A model generated the notes under the pieces. That model was given only the letters and a program-made list of their open reading frames with translations. It did not search any database and was not told the origin of the DNA. The translations under genes and the position numbers were made by a program. Below, piece by piece: positions 18,997 through 30,060 of a stretch of 55,919 nt of DNA (positions are counted from its first letter, which is position 1; each line of letters starts with the position of its first letter). Source of the DNA: Actinomycetota bacterium (GTDB lineage Bacteria > Actinomycetota > Aquicultoria > UBA3085 > Oleimmundimicrobiaceae); contig JBBIRY010000002.1 of assembly GCA_037441605.1 (NCBI GenBank), forward strand, positions 1-55,919, given 5' to 3'.

Positions 18997-21156
18997 CTAC
19001 TGAGCCCCATCTTTGATTCTGGCAAGATCATCTTCAGTAAAGAGAACCGGCCGGCTCTTGCTGCCGTCGGCGCCTCCCACAACGCCCCTCTCTTCCAATA
19101 TGTCCATGAGTCTGGCCGCTCTGGTATAGCCAATTCTAAGGCGCCGCTGGAGCATCGAGACGGATGCCAAACCCGTTGTAACTACAAGCTCAACCGCGTC
19201 CTCAAATAGATCATCATCATAGTCGTCTAGCGTAAACTTGGACTTCTGTCTCTTTAGAATCTCCGATTTATAATCCGGTTTCGCTTGGGCTTTTATGAAG
19301 TTAGTTACCGCTTCAACCTCTTCTTCCGTGACATAAGCGCATTGGAGACGTTTCAGCTTATGCGTCTTTGGAGAGAGAAAGAGCATATCTCCTTTGCCGA
19401 CCAGTTTTTCGGCACCGGGGGAGTCCAAGATAACCCTCGAATCTATCTGAGATGATACCGCAAATGCGATCCTCGATATGATATTGGCTTTAATGAGACC
19501 CGTGATCACATCGACCGACGGGCGCTGTGTCGCGATGATCAGATGGATGCCGACTGCCCGAGCAAGTTGAGCCAAGCGGCAGATCGAATCCTCGACCTCG
19601 CCCGGGGCAACCATCATCAGATCGGCGAGTTCATCTACAACTATGACGATATAGGGCATGAATTCCTCAAAGCGGCCCTCTTTGGCCATGAACGAGTTGT
19701 AACTGTCGATATTCCTCACTCCGACTTCAGCCAAAAGATCTAAGCGATTCTCCATCTCTTTTACAGCCCAAAGGAGAGCGGATGAGGCCTCTTTGGGGTT
19801 GACGACGACGGGTGTGATCAGATGAGGAATGCCGTCATAGAGATTGAGTTCAATCCTCTTTGGGTCTATCAGAATCATTTTGAGCTGGTCGGGCTTGGCC
19901 CGCATTAAAAATGAGATCAAAATATCGTTTATGCAGACGCTCTTGCCGCTGCCGGTCGCCCCGGCGATCATCAAGTGAGGCATTTCGGCAAGGTCGGATA
20001 CGATCGCTTGGCCGGCGATATCTTTGCCAAGCCCAAGCTGAAGGACTCCGCCCTCCTTAAATTCATTGCTCGCAAGGATATCACCGATCGTTACGAGTTC
20101 TCTCTGTTTATTTGGGACTTCGATCCCGATGGCGGATTTTCCGGGGATCGGGGCGATAATCCGAATGTCGGAAGTGGCCAGAGCTAGCGCTATATCGTCG
20201 GAGAGGTTTAGGATGCGGTTGACTTTGACGCCTGATGCGAGTTGAATCTCATAGCGAGTAACCGTCGGCCCCTTAGTCACTTTATCTATAACCGCATCGA
20301 CATCAAAATTCTTTAAGACCTCTTGGAGAGTGATAAGGTTGGCTTGAACATCGCGCCTATGCTCCTGGCCCTTCGAGAGCGACATCTTAAGAAGAGAGAG
20401 CGGTGGAAGTTTATAATCGGAAAACTCGCCTCTGTGCATATCCATTTTCAGCTCGAGAGTGGTCTTCATTGAGGCCTCGTTTGGCTTGGCTTTACCCGTC
20501 CGAGTAGTAAATTCTGCTTGGATGGGCTCATCTATTGACTCGGCTCTTATAAGATCTTCTGTGGACTCCAAAAGCTTCGTTTTGCCGCCCAAGAGAGGTC
20601 TCCTCTTTGCTCCCTTTTTGATTTCGAGATCACGCTTGTGAATGCTTTTAAGGCCGGAGGCGACCTCGCTCAAAGTAAGACCTGTCGAGATAAAGATCCC
20701 GATTAAAAGGAGCGCTGAAAAGGCTACGTAAGATCCGATGTTGCCGATCAAAAACCTTGAGCCGTAGGTAAGGGCGCCGCCTATATAGCCTCCGTATGAG
20801 TCGACCGTGGAGGCTAATAGTTCCTCGCCGGAAGGTGTGGAGAGATGAATAAGGGCAAGAAGGCTCAAGAAGGTGATGGTCAGACCCAAGGATATCATCT
20901 CCCTTTTTACTTCCGCCCAGTCGCCTAGAAAGAGAAGGCCCGCAAAGAAGAGGAAGAACGGAAAGATATATCTACCGATCCCCATCGCCTCTTTTAAAAA
21001 ACTGCTTCCAAAACGGCCAAGGATCCCGTTATCCGAAGCAAAGAGACCTAGAAAAATTATCACGGATACCGCAAAGAGGGCTATGGCGTAGATCTCTCCA
21101 AGGCCACTCTTGACGACCGGCTCGCCCCGCTTCTTTACCGTTCTCTCTTTCGCCAA
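18997..21156 (-). CDS. ftsK: DNA translocase FtsK/SpoIIIE
   Basis: N-terminal TM helices, Walker A GATGSGKS, and a C-terminal winged-helix gamma domain. Confidence 0.95.
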   Translation of the reverse strand: MAKERTVKKRGEPVVKSGLGEIYAIALFAVSVIIFLGLFASDNGILGRFGSSFLKEAMGIGRYIFPFFLFFAGLLFLGDWAEVKREMISLGLTITFLSLLALIHLSTPSGEELLASTVDSYGGYIGGALTYGSRFLIGNIGSYVAFSALLLIGIFISTGLTLSEVASGLKSIHKRDLEIKKGAKRRPLLGGKTKLLESTEDLIRAESIDEPIQAEFTTRTGKAKPNEASMKTTLELKMDMHRGEFSDYKLPPLSLLKMSLSKGQEHRRDVQANLITLQEVLKNFDVDAVIDKVTKGPTVTRYEIQLASGVKVNRILNLSDDIALALATSDIRIIAPIPGKSAIGIEVPNKQRELVTIGDILASNEFKEGGVLQLGLGKDIAGQAIVSDLAEMPHLMIAGATGSGKSVCINDILISFLMRAKPDQLKMILIDPKRIELNLYDGIPHLITPVVVNPKEASSALLWAVKEMENRLDLLAEVGVRNIDSYNSFMAKEGRFEEFMPYIVIVVDELADLMMVAPGEVEDSICRLAQLARAVGIHLIIATQRPSVDVITGLIKANIISRIAFAVSSQIDSRVILDSPGAEKLVGKGDMLFLSPKTHKLKRLQCAYVTEEEVEAVTNFIKAQAKPDYKSEILKRQKSKFTLDDYDDDLFEDAVELVVTTGLASVSMLQRRLRIGYTRAARLMDILEERGVVGGADGSKSRPVLFTEDDLARIKDGAQ

Positions 21157-21169
21157 ACCTGCTCCAATC

Positions 21170-21976
21170 CTAGATCCCTTTAAATATCAATACCAAAAAC
21201 CCTACGACAAAACAGTAGTAGGAGAAGACATATAGACTGCTCTTTTTGATAAGACTCAATAAGAATTTAATACAAAGGTAGCCACTTAGCAACGCCGAAA
21301 AGAAGCCTGCGGCCAAGATCGTACCCTGGCCCTTCTCGAAGAGGATTAGAAAGTCGAAAAACTTTAGTACGGCAGCTCCGGCGATGATCGGGATGCTCAG
21401 CAAAAAGGAGAAACGTGCGGCAGATTCGCGGTCTAATCCGGCCAAAAGACCGGTTGAAATGGTTACGCCCGAACGGGAGACCCCGGGTGCTAACGCTACG
21501 GCTTGCGAAAGACCTATCAGAAGAGAGTCTTTTAAGGTGATTTGAGTAATCCGCTTCTCTTTTTTTCCAAACTTTTCAGCCATGAAGATGAAGCAGCCCG
21601 TAAAGATGAGAAGGATCGAGACGGATGAGATATCGTTGAAAAGAGCTTCAAAGAAGTCGTTTAAGAGTAAACCCAATATGGCGGCAGGAATCGTTCCGGT
21701 CATGATGAAGAGGGCGATCTTAAAATCCGGCTCATTTCGCTCTTTGGGAGAGGTCAGACCGGAGATAAACGAGGTTAAGAGATCCTTTATGTCGCCTCTG
21801 AAATATGCGATGACCGCAAAGAGGGTTCCCAAGTGCAGAGCAACATCGAAGGCAACCCCTGCATCACTCCAACCCAAGAGGCTTGGCACGATTACCAAGT
21901 GCGCCGAGCTGCTTATGGGAGCGAACTCGGTCACCCCTTGGACGAGGCCAAGAACTATCGCTTGAAATATATCCAA
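21170..21976 (-). CDS. uppP: undecaprenyl-diphosphate phosphatase
   Basis: 268 aa polytopic BacA/UppP protein with EFAPISSSAHL and PGVSRSG motifs. Confidence 0.9.
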   Translation of the reverse strand: MDIFQAIVLGLVQGVTEFAPISSSAHLVIVPSLLGWSDAGVAFDVALHLGTLFAVIAYFRGDIKDLLTSFISGLTSPKERNEPDFKIALFIMTGTIPAAILGLLLNDFFEALFNDISSVSILLIFTGCFIFMAEKFGKKEKRITQITLKDSLLIGLSQAVALAPGVSRSGVTISTGLLAGLDRESAARFSFLLSIPIIAGAAVLKFFDFLILFEKGQGTILAAGFFSALLSGYLCIKFLLSLIKKSSLYVFSYYCFVVGFLVLIFKGI

Positions 21977-21986
21977 TATCCCTTCC

Positions 21987-23651
21987 TTAGCCTTCTATGA
22001 TAAAGGGAACGACCATCGGTCGCCTCTTCGTCTTTAAATAGAGAAATTGGGCCAATCTCTTCTTTACGGCCGCATTCACAGACGCCATGTCTATGTCACC
22101 GACAATCTTGGCATCCTCCAGTATTTCGGTGACCACCTCTATCGACTCATCTATCAGCTCTTTTGCCTCTTTAACGTAGACAAAGCCTCTTGATATCACA
22201 TCGGGCCCCATCTTTACCTCGCCTGAAGCCTGGTCAATTACGGCAAAGACGACAAATATTCCGTCGCTGGATAGTATCTGGCGGTCGCGCAGAACGACAT
22301 CTCCGACATCTCCGACTCCAAGGCCATCGACAAAGACCTCACCCACATCGACGCTGCCTGTTACCTTCGCCCCATTAAGATCGAACTCCAAAATGTCGCC
22401 GTCCTCCAGTATGAAGATGTTTTCACGCGGGATGCCCACGGCCATTGCAAGATCGGCGTGGTGTTTGAGATGGCGATATTCTCCGTGGATCGGAATGAAG
22501 TAGCGCGGTTTGACCAGGTTCATTACGAGCTTTAGCTCCTCTTGGGCCGGGTGTCCCGAAGCGTGAACCCCTGAAATTTGCTCATAATAAACGTCTGCGC
22601 CAAGGCGGAAGATTTGATTGATAATTCGGGTGATCGCCCTCTCGTTTCCGGGAATTGGAGAAGCTGAAACCACAACGGTGTCGGTCTCATTGAGCTTAAC
22701 CCGTTTATGCTCCTTGGAAGCGATCCTCGATAAAGCCGATAGCGGTTCGCCCTGACTGCCGGTGCAAAGGACAACAACTTTTGAGGGAGGAAGGTCCCCG
22801 ATCTCCCCGATATCCAAGAGGCTTCCCTCTTCTATCTTAAGATAACCGGTTTGAGAGGCTATCTTGACATTGTTTATTATGCTCCGGCCCGAGACGGCAA
22901 CCATCCGCCCCGATTTTTTGGCCGCATCGAAGATCTGCTGGATGCGATGGAGATGCGAGGCAAATGTGGCAATTATTATTCTCTCTTTGGCTTCCTCGAA
23001 GATCTTTAGAAGGTTTTCGCCGACCTTTCGTTCGGGTGACGTATATCCCGGAACTTCGGCATTGGTGCTGTCTGAGAGAAGAAGTAGGACCTCTTTTCCG
23101 CCCAAACAAGTAAGCTTTTCGAGCTCTGTTGTCCTACCGTCGATCGGGGTTTGATCGAGCTTGAAGTCTCCGGTGTGAACGATGTAGCCGAGCGGAGTAT
23201 CGATGATTATCCCGATACCATCGGGTATGCTGTGACAAACGCTGAAAAAGGTCAGCTTGAAGTTGGCAAACTCAAGGCTTGAATCGGAATCTATCTCGAC
23301 CAAGTCCGCCTCAAGCGCCCCTTCTTTCAGTTTCTCCTTGATGAGGCCTAGGGTCAATTTGGTGCCGTAAACCTTGGCGGAGATATTCCGCAACAAATAT
23401 GGCAGGGCTCCGGTGTGATCCTCGTGGCCATGGGTTATTATTATCCCTTTAAGCCGGTCCTGATTCTCAACGACATAAGAAAAATCAGGGAGTACGATAT
23501 CTATTCCAAGCAGTTCTTCGCTTGGAAATTTTAGCCCGGCATCTATAAGGATCATTCCCTCTTCGTCCTCGATGACCATCATGTTCTTTCCGATTTCGCC
23601 GAGGCCTCCCAAGGGGATGACCCTAAGTCTTGTGTTATTTTTATCAGTCAA
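21987..23651 (-). CDS. rnj: ribonuclease J
   Basis: Metallo-beta-lactamase motif HGHEDHTG plus beta-CASP and C-terminal domains, 554 aa. Confidence 0.9.
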   Translation of the reverse strand: MTDKNNTRLRVIPLGGLGEIGKNMMVIEDEEGMILIDAGLKFPSEELLGIDIVLPDFSYVVENQDRLKGIIITHGHEDHTGALPYLLRNISAKVYGTKLTLGLIKEKLKEGALEADLVEIDSDSSLEFANFKLTFFSVCHSIPDGIGIIIDTPLGYIVHTGDFKLDQTPIDGRTTELEKLTCLGGKEVLLLLSDSTNAEVPGYTSPERKVGENLLKIFEEAKERIIIATFASHLHRIQQIFDAAKKSGRMVAVSGRSIINNVKIASQTGYLKIEEGSLLDIGEIGDLPPSKVVVLCTGSQGEPLSALSRIASKEHKRVKLNETDTVVVSASPIPGNERAITRIINQIFRLGADVYYEQISGVHASGHPAQEELKLVMNLVKPRYFIPIHGEYRHLKHHADLAMAVGIPRENIFILEDGDILEFDLNGAKVTGSVDVGEVFVDGLGVGDVGDVVLRDRQILSSDGIFVVFAVIDQASGEVKMGPDVISRGFVYVKEAKELIDESIEVVTEILEDAKIVGDIDMASVNAAVKKRLAQFLYLKTKRRPMVVPFIIEG

Positions 23652-23671
23652 TTCTTTCTTCTTTCTTAAAA

Positions 23672-24547
23672 TTAGATTAAGTTTAAGCTCCTCATTTTTT
23701 CTTCAAGGACTGCATCCTGCTCCTTGGTTGAGTCTATCAAAGGTGGTCTCAGGCCACCCGTTTCGATTCCGATAAACCTCAAGGCCGCCTTAACCATGAT
23801 GGGGTTGGTGGTCATAAAGACCGTCTCAAATAGCGGAAGAAGATCTAAGTGTTCCCTTCTGGCTCCATCATGATCACCGCTCTTGTACGATGCGACCATA
23901 TTTTTCATCCGTCTGCCCGCGATATGTGAGACGACGCTTATTACCCCATCTCCCCCAAGCGTTAGAATCGGATAGGTCATCGCGTCATCTCCGCTATAGA
24001 GCCTGAAGTCGTCTGGGGTCGAATCAATGATCTTGGCTATCTGCTCTAGGTTGCCGCTGGCCTCTTTGACGGCCACGATATTGCCGATCTTGGCAAGTTC
24101 GATAACCGTTGCCGCTTCAAGGTTGGTTATCGTCCGGCTTGGCACGTTGTATAGGATGACCGGAAGCGAGGTGCTTTCGGCAACCAACTTGAAATGATTG
24201 TATAAACCCTTTTGGGGCGGCTTGTTATAATAAGGAACGACGACCATGGCCGCATCGACTCCCACCTCTTCGGCCCTCTTGGTCAGATGAATCGTCTCTC
24301 TGGTGCAGTTATAGCCTGTGCCGGCGATAATCTTCGCTCTACCGGCGGCCGTTTCTTTGGCCGTCACAAAGAGTTCTACCTTTTCGTCGTCGGAAAGGGT
24401 CGGCGACTCCCCGGTGGTACCCGAGACTACTATTCCGTCGCTGCCGTTTTCGATGAGATGATTGACGAGTTTTTTGAAAGCCTCAAGGTCGAGGCTTAAG
24501 TCCGACTTAAAAGGCGTAACGGCCGCGGTTAGAAGATCGCCAAACAT
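23672..24547 (-). CDS. dapA: 4-hydroxy-tetrahydrodipicolinate synthase
   Basis: TPF...VSGTTGESPTL and YNVPSRT motifs. I prefer ATG 24547, which overlaps the dapB stop (TAATG) and has GGGAGGTG 5 nt upstream. Confidence 0.95.
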   Translation of the reverse strand: MFGDLLTAAVTPFKSDLSLDLEAFKKLVNHLIENGSDGIVVSGTTGESPTLSDDEKVELFVTAKETAAGRAKIIAGTGYNCTRETIHLTKRAEEVGVDAAMVVVPYYNKPPQKGLYNHFKLVAESTSLPVILYNVPSRTITNLEAATVIELAKIGNIVAVKEASGNLEQIAKIIDSTPDDFRLYSGDDAMTYPILTLGGDGVISVVSHIAGRRMKNMVASYKSGDHDGARREHLDLLPLFETVFMTTNPIMVKAALRFIGIETGGLRPPLIDSTKEQDAVLEEKMRSLNLI

Positions 24548-25353
24548 TAGCTCACCTCCCATATGTCCATTATCTTTTCCAACCCAACCACCAAGCCCCG
24601 ATGGTCCTTATGTTTCTTTATAGCCATCATGACACCTGGCATAAAGCAGGAGCGATCGAATGTGTCATGCCTGATGGTCAAGAGCTGACCATCCAAGCCG
24701 AACAGGACCTCTTGATGACCGATTAAGCCGGGAAGTCTGACGCTGTGGACCCGGATATTCTTATAATCGCCGCCTCTGGCCCCGGCTAAAACCTCTTTCT
24801 CTTCCTCATTTGCCCCCTTAAACTCCTTGACTTCGGATAGGAGTTCGGCCGTCTTCATAGCCGTTCCAGAGGGCGCATCATGCTTCTGATCGTGGTGAAG
24901 TTCGACAATCTCAACCCCGTCAAAGAATTTTGCCGCCATCTTTGAGAACCTCATCATAAGAACGGCCCCGACCGCAAAATTTGGAGCGATAAAAATGCTT
25001 AAATCCTTCCCCTTAACCAAAGATTCAACCTTTTTGAGTCTCTCCGAAACGAAGCCTGTCGTTCCGATGACCATATCGACTCCATGCTCCACGGCTATCT
25101 CAATGTGCTCCATTACGGCGTCTGGGTTGGTAAAATCGACCACAACATCGGGCTTGAGTTCCTTTATTGCCGCGCCAAGGTTTGAGTCCAAATAGACCTT
25201 ACCCTCGCCCATATCGAAAAACTCATGAATCCCGCTCGCCTTGAAGGATTTATCAACCGCTCCGACTAAGGAGAGGTCGGGATCGGCCTTTATGGCTTGG
25301 CAGACGGTCGTCCCCATCTTGCCGCCGGCGCCGCAGACTATGACTTTGATCAT
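24547..25353 (-). CDS. dapB: 4-hydroxy-tetrahydrodipicolinate reductase
   Basis: GAGGKMG NAD(P)-binding loop and ELHHDQKHDAPSGTA signature. Confidence 0.95.
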   Translation of the reverse strand: MIKVIVCGAGGKMGTTVCQAIKADPDLSLVGAVDKSFKASGIHEFFDMGEGKVYLDSNLGAAIKELKPDVVVDFTNPDAVMEHIEIAVEHGVDMVIGTTGFVSERLKKVESLVKGKDLSIFIAPNFAVGAVLMMRFSKMAAKFFDGVEIVELHHDQKHDAPSGTAMKTAELLSEVKEFKGANEEEKEVLAGARGGDYKNIRVHSVRLPGLIGHQEVLFGLDGQLLTIRHDTFDRSCFMPGVMMAIKKHKDHRGLVVGLEKIMDIWEVS

Positions 25354-25368
25354 AAGATCTCCTCCTCT

Positions 25369-26613
25369 TTAAGCGGTAAGTTTTTTTCTATCAATGGGTC
25401 CGATAAGAGTGAGTGTTCTCTTTGAGGGATCGAAAACCCTGCTGCAGACCCGATTTATATCGGAAGCCTCTACCGCATCAACCTTGGCAATCAGTTCGTC
25501 GATGCTTAAGACCTCGCCGTGAACCAAGTGTGACCTTCCAAGCGAAGACATTCGGCTCGAGGTGCTCTCCATGCTCAAGACGAGCCGCCCTTTCATCTGG
25601 CTCTTTACCCTTTGGAGCTCTTGGTCATCTACGCCACACTTAAGGATGGATGCTATCTCATCGTCGATCAGAGAAACTACCTCATTAAGATTAGAGGGCC
25701 TAGTCCCGACGTATACTACAAACGAGCCGCTCGATTTATAGAATGAATGATACGAATATACGGCGTAAGCCAAACCTCTCTCCTCGCGGATCTTTTGAAA
25801 GAGACGAGAGCTCATACCGCCGCCCAATATGCCATCTAAAATATTTAAAGCAAACCTGTCCGAATCTCCGCCCTTGAGCCCCTCAAAGCCCAAACAGATA
25901 TGAGCTTGTTCGGTGTCCTTCTCGACTACTTTCAGGCCACCGTCAACCTTAAGCTTAGGAGTGATGATAGCTTTTGGTCTGGCGGCTGAAAGCTTGAACC
26001 TATCATCGAGCGAAGAGGGGAGTTTCTTCTGATTGAAGCTTCCGGCCACCGTAATCAATGCCTTCTCAAAGCTGTAATGCTCCCTAAAATAACCTTCAAT
26101 ATCCTCTTTGCCAAGAGAAGAGACCGTCTCCTTTGAGCCTAGTATCGATTGGCCGTAAGGGTGTCCATCCCAAAGGGTTTCGGCAAATATGTCATGGATC
26201 AACTCGTCAGGAGCATCCTCATAGTGATGGATCTCTTCCAGTACGACCTCCTTTTCGGAGGCGATATCCTCTGGCCTAAAAGCGGGCTCATGGAGCATCT
26301 CAGAGAAAAGATCGATGACCTCAAGAAGATTTTCATCCATCACCCTTGCGTAATAACAGGTATGCTCCTTACTGGTAAAAGCATTTACCTCGGCCCCAAG
26401 GCTCTCGAACCTGTCCGAAATCTCCTTGGCGCCTCTCTTCTTGGTTCCTTTAAAGAGAAGGTGCTCAATCAGATGAGATATACCCATTATGCTCTTGGGC
26501 TCATCGGTAGAGCCCGCTCTTACCCAGAAACCTATAGATGCCGAGCGCAGATTGCTTGAAGGCTCCATCAGGACCGGAACTCCGCTCGAAAGAAGAGCCT
26601 TGGAAAAACTCAT
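25369..26613 (-). CDS. M16 family (pitrilysin/insulinase-like) zinc peptidase
   Basis: Inverted zinc motif HLIEHLLFKGT, 414 aa, located after pnp as in many Gram-positives. Confidence 0.85.
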   Translation of the reverse strand: MSFSKALLSSGVPVLMEPSSNLRSASIGFWVRAGSTDEPKSIMGISHLIEHLLFKGTKKRGAKEISDRFESLGAEVNAFTSKEHTCYYARVMDENLLEVIDLFSEMLHEPAFRPEDIASEKEVVLEEIHHYEDAPDELIHDIFAETLWDGHPYGQSILGSKETVSSLGKEDIEGYFREHYSFEKALITVAGSFNQKKLPSSLDDRFKLSAARPKAIITPKLKVDGGLKVVEKDTEQAHICLGFEGLKGGDSDRFALNILDGILGGGMSSRLFQKIREERGLAYAVYSYHSFYKSSGSFVVYVGTRPSNLNEVVSLIDDEIASILKCGVDDQELQRVKSQMKGRLVLSMESTSSRMSSLGRSHLVHGEVLSIDELIAKVDAVEASDINRVCSRVFDPSKRTLTLIGPIDRKKLTA

Positions 26614-28695
26614 CTACGCCTCGTCCACATCGATAGCGGTAAGATTGATGCGGCCCTTCTCATCTATCTCGACAACCTTAACCTTTAGTTTATCGCCAAC
26701 ATTGACGACGTCTTCGACTGTGGGAATCCTTTTCTTGGCAAGTTTGGAGATGTGAACTAGGCCATCCTTACCAGGCAAGAGCTCCACGAAGGCGCCAAAA
26801 GTTGTCGTTTTGACTACGGTTCCAAGATAAATCTCTCCCGGAGCCACCTCTTTGACAAGCGCTTCAATCATCGCCTTGGCCTTCTCGCCGCCCTCTCCAT
26901 CGAGGGATGAGACATAAATTGTTCCATCAGGTTTGACATCTATAGTGGCGCCGGTGGCATCGATTATGCCCCGAATCACCTTGCCTCCCGGTCCGATCAC
27001 TTCGCCGATCTTTTCAGGATTTATGCTCATGGTGATGATCCTTGGCGCATAAGACGATAGGCTGCTTCGGGGTTCATCGATGGTGGACTGCATCTTCTCC
27101 AAGATGAAGAGACGGCCTTCTTTGGCTTGGGCAAGTGCCGTCTTTAAGACATCCAAAGGCACGCCGGTCGCCTTCATATCCATCTGGAGAGCCGTTATGC
27201 CTTTTGCGGTTCCTGCCACTTTAAAATCCATATCGCCAAGGGCGTCTTCAACCCCTTGGATATCGGAGAGTACGGCTGAATCTTTTCCATCGGTTACAAG
27301 GCCCATGGCGATGCCGGCAACCGGAGCCTTAATCGGAACGCCGGCGTCCATAAGCGAAAGGGTGCTTCCGCAGACGCTTGCCATCGAAGATGATCCGTTA
27401 GACTCCAAGACCTCGGAAACTATCCTGATCGTATAAGGAAAATCGAGTTCATCAGGGACGACCGAAAGAAGAGCCCTTTCGGCCAGCGCCCCGTGTCCGA
27501 CCTCGCGCCGCCTTGGACTTCCGAGCCGGCCGACCTCACCGGTTGAGAAGGGCGGAAAATTATAGTGATGAAGATATCTCTTCGATTCCTTGTTCTCAAG
27601 GCCATCAAGGCGCTGGACTTCGCTTGCCGTTCCGAGAGTCAAAACCGAAAGCACTTGAGTCTGGCCGCGGGTGAAAAGGCCCGAGCCGTGAGCCCGCGGC
27701 AGAAAGGCGACCTGGCAATCGATGGGACGAATCTCGCTCAAGGCCCTGCCGTCCGGTCTGATCCCCTCTTTAAGTATCATCTCGCGGACGACGGTCTTTT
27801 CGACCGAGTATAGAATCTTTTTGATCTCGCTTTCGGCTTCGGGGAACTCATCCAAAAGCGTCTCTGTGGCCTCTTTTTTGACTTGGCTGACCGCGTCCTC
27901 GCGGGCTAGCTTGTCAGCCGAACCCATCGCTTCCCTGATCTTAGGAGCTGCGAGCATGGTAATTTTCTCGTAAAGGTCGGGGTCTGGTTCGGCCAACTTT
28001 ATCTCGCGCTTCTCTCTGCCAATCTCCTTTGCGATCTCTTCCATCTGATCGATCATTTTGCCGATGGTCTGGTGGGCCGTGGTCAAGGCCTCGACCATCA
28101 TGGCCTCGTCGACTTCGCTCGCTCCGGCTTCAACCATGATTATCGAATCGCGGCTACCCGCAACAATCAGATCAAGATCGGAAACGATGAGATCCTGGAA
28201 GGTGGGATTGATGACGAAGGCGCCATCGACATAGCCAATCCTGACTCCCGCTATCATCTTTTCGACCGGGATATCGGAGATGGCAAGCGCCATCGATGCG
28301 GCATTGAGCGCGATAATATCCGGTTGGTTTACCATATCCACCGATAACGTGCTGGCGATTATCTGAATCTCGTTTCTAAAACCGTCGGGAAAGAGGGGCC
28401 GTATCGGCCTATCTATCAGTCTTGCGGTCAAGATCGACTTTTCGCTGGGGCGCCCCTCTCTCTTTATGAACCCGCCCGGAATCTTTCCGGCCGCATACAT
28501 CTTGTCTACAACCTCGACCGTTAAGGGAAAGAAATCCAGCCCCATCATCGGCTCCTTGGAACCAACCACCGTCAGAAGAACGATGCTATCGCCCATCCTA
28601 GCGTAGACACTTCCATCGGCCTGACGAGCGATCTGCCCAAATTGGAACTCGATCGTTTTGTCGCCCGACTGAATATTTCGTGAAATTAAACCCAT
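26614..28695 (-). CDS. pnp: polyribonucleotide nucleotidyltransferase (PNPase)
   Basis: Two RNase PH domains (NGSSSMASVCG) with KH and S1 C-terminal domains. Confidence 0.97.
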   Translation of the reverse strand: MGLISRNIQSGDKTIEFQFGQIARQADGSVYARMGDSIVLLTVVGSKEPMMGLDFFPLTVEVVDKMYAAGKIPGGFIKREGRPSEKSILTARLIDRPIRPLFPDGFRNEIQIIASTLSVDMVNQPDIIALNAASMALAISDIPVEKMIAGVRIGYVDGAFVINPTFQDLIVSDLDLIVAGSRDSIIMVEAGASEVDEAMMVEALTTAHQTIGKMIDQMEEIAKEIGREKREIKLAEPDPDLYEKITMLAAPKIREAMGSADKLAREDAVSQVKKEATETLLDEFPEAESEIKKILYSVEKTVVREMILKEGIRPDGRALSEIRPIDCQVAFLPRAHGSGLFTRGQTQVLSVLTLGTASEVQRLDGLENKESKRYLHHYNFPPFSTGEVGRLGSPRRREVGHGALAERALLSVVPDELDFPYTIRIVSEVLESNGSSSMASVCGSTLSLMDAGVPIKAPVAGIAMGLVTDGKDSAVLSDIQGVEDALGDMDFKVAGTAKGITALQMDMKATGVPLDVLKTALAQAKEGRLFILEKMQSTIDEPRSSLSSYAPRIITMSINPEKIGEVIGPGGKVIRGIIDATGATIDVKPDGTIYVSSLDGEGGEKAKAMIEALVKEVAPGEIYLGTVVKTTTFGAFVELLPGKDGLVHISKLAKKRIPTVEDVVNVGDKLKVKVVEIDEKGRINLTAIDVDEA

Positions 28696-28726
28696 TAAAT
28701 TTTAAACCTCCAATAATTAAGGAAAC

Positions 28727-28996
28727 CTATCCGCGCAACTCGAGCTTCTTGACTATCGAGCGATACCTCTCGATCTCTACCTCTTTAAGGTAGTTAAGAA
28801 GCCTTCTCCTCTGGCCGACCAATTTCAGTAGACCGCGGCGGGAATGAAAATCTTTCTTGTGAAGCTTCAAGTGTTCGGTGAGGTCCTTGATCCTCTTGGT
28901 GAGGATGGCTACTTGTACTTCGGGGGAGCCGGTATCATTATCGTGAGAGCCGTACTCCTTTACGATGCCGGCTTTTTCTTGACTAGTAATCGTCAT
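28727..28996 (-). CDS. rpsO: 30S ribosomal protein S15
   Basis: [12 protein letters not shown]...GSPEVQVA...[17 protein letters not shown] prefer ATG 28996 (GGAGGTG upstream) over the ORF-track start at 29029. Confidence 0.95.
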   Translation of the reverse strand: MTITSQEKAGIVKEYGSHDNDTGSPEVQVAILTKRIKDLTEHLKLHKKDFHSRRGLLKLVGQRRRLLNYLKEVEIERYRSIVKKLELRG

Positions 28997-29136
28997 GCAA
29001 TCGTCACCTCCTTTATTTATCCGCCTCAAACCAAGAAAAGCGTCGGTGACTCGCTCCCCTAGTATGAGGCAAAACCCTATTTAAGCCCAAATTTTCATGG
29101 CTTATACTACCATAGTTAATCTGAAGCGTAAACTTT

Positions 29137-30060
29137 TTATGCCAATAAAGCTGCCGTTTTCTTGACATCGTCCTCGAGCTGATGAGCAAGTTCCTTTTCG
29201 TTCTCAAACTTCTTCTGGTCTCGGATCTTTGCCACCAGATCCAAATATATATATTTATCGTACAAATCGCCCTCAAAATCGAGTAGGTAAGCCTCTATCC
29301 GTCTCTCGCTCACTCCAAAGGTTGGGGAGGCACCGATATTGATGACGGATTTAAGTCTTCTCTTATTCAAATGGGCGACCCCGGCATAGACGCCATCTCC
29401 GGGAATCTGGATCTCCTCTTTGAGTTGGATATTTGCGGTCGAATAACCAAGGCGCCTTCCGCGTCCAAAGCCGCTTACAACCTTGCCGCTCAAGCCGGGA
29501 TAACGTCCCAGAATCTCTTTTGCCTTCTCAAGCTCACCCTGACTAAGAAGTCTCCTTATCCTAGTACTGCTTATCGGCTCTCCTTCGTGCTTCTTAAGCG
29601 GAATGATTTTTACTTTAAATCCCTTCATCTTTCCAAGTTCCAGGAGAAGCTTGGCATCCCCGAGCGCTCCGCTGCCAAATCTAAAACTTTCTCCCACTAT
29701 CACTTCGATGGCACCAAGACGCTTAAGGAGAATCTCGTCGACGAATTCTTCCGGACTTAACTTCGAAAATTCTACGGTAAATTCGATGAAGAGAAGTATG
29801 TCTACGCCAAGCTCTGATATTAACTTGACTTTGGTGTCGAAATCGGTGAGCACTGGGGGCTGGCTGGCCGGCGAGATGACTTCTTTGGGATGGGGCAGAA
29901 AGGTTACAACGAGACTCTTGGCTGAGGCGGCTTTCGCGTCTTCGGCGCAGGTTAGAATCGTCTTCTTGTGTCCTTTGTGAACACCATCGAAGAATCCGAG
30001 CGCAACGACGCTCCTTTCGATCCGTGTTAGGTTTTTAAGACCGACAACCGTCTTCATCAA
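29137..30060 (-). CDS. ribF: bifunctional riboflavin kinase / FMN adenylyltransferase
   Basis: GFFDGVHKGH nucleotidyltransferase motif and a C-terminal riboflavin kinase domain. Confidence 0.9.
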   Translation of the reverse strand: MMKTVVGLKNLTRIERSVVALGFFDGVHKGHKKTILTCAEDAKAASAKSLVVTFLPHPKEVISPASQPPVLTDFDTKVKLISELGVDILLFIEFTVEFSKLSPEEFVDEILLKRLGAIEVIVGESFRFGSGALGDAKLLLELGKMKGFKVKIIPLKKHEGEPISSTRIRRLLSQGELEKAKEILGRYPGLSGKVVSGFGRGRRLGYSTANIQLKEEIQIPGDGVYAGVAHLNKRRLKSVINIGASPTFGVSERRIEAYLLDFEGDLYDKYIYLDLVAKIRDQKKFENEKELAHQLEDDVKKTAALLA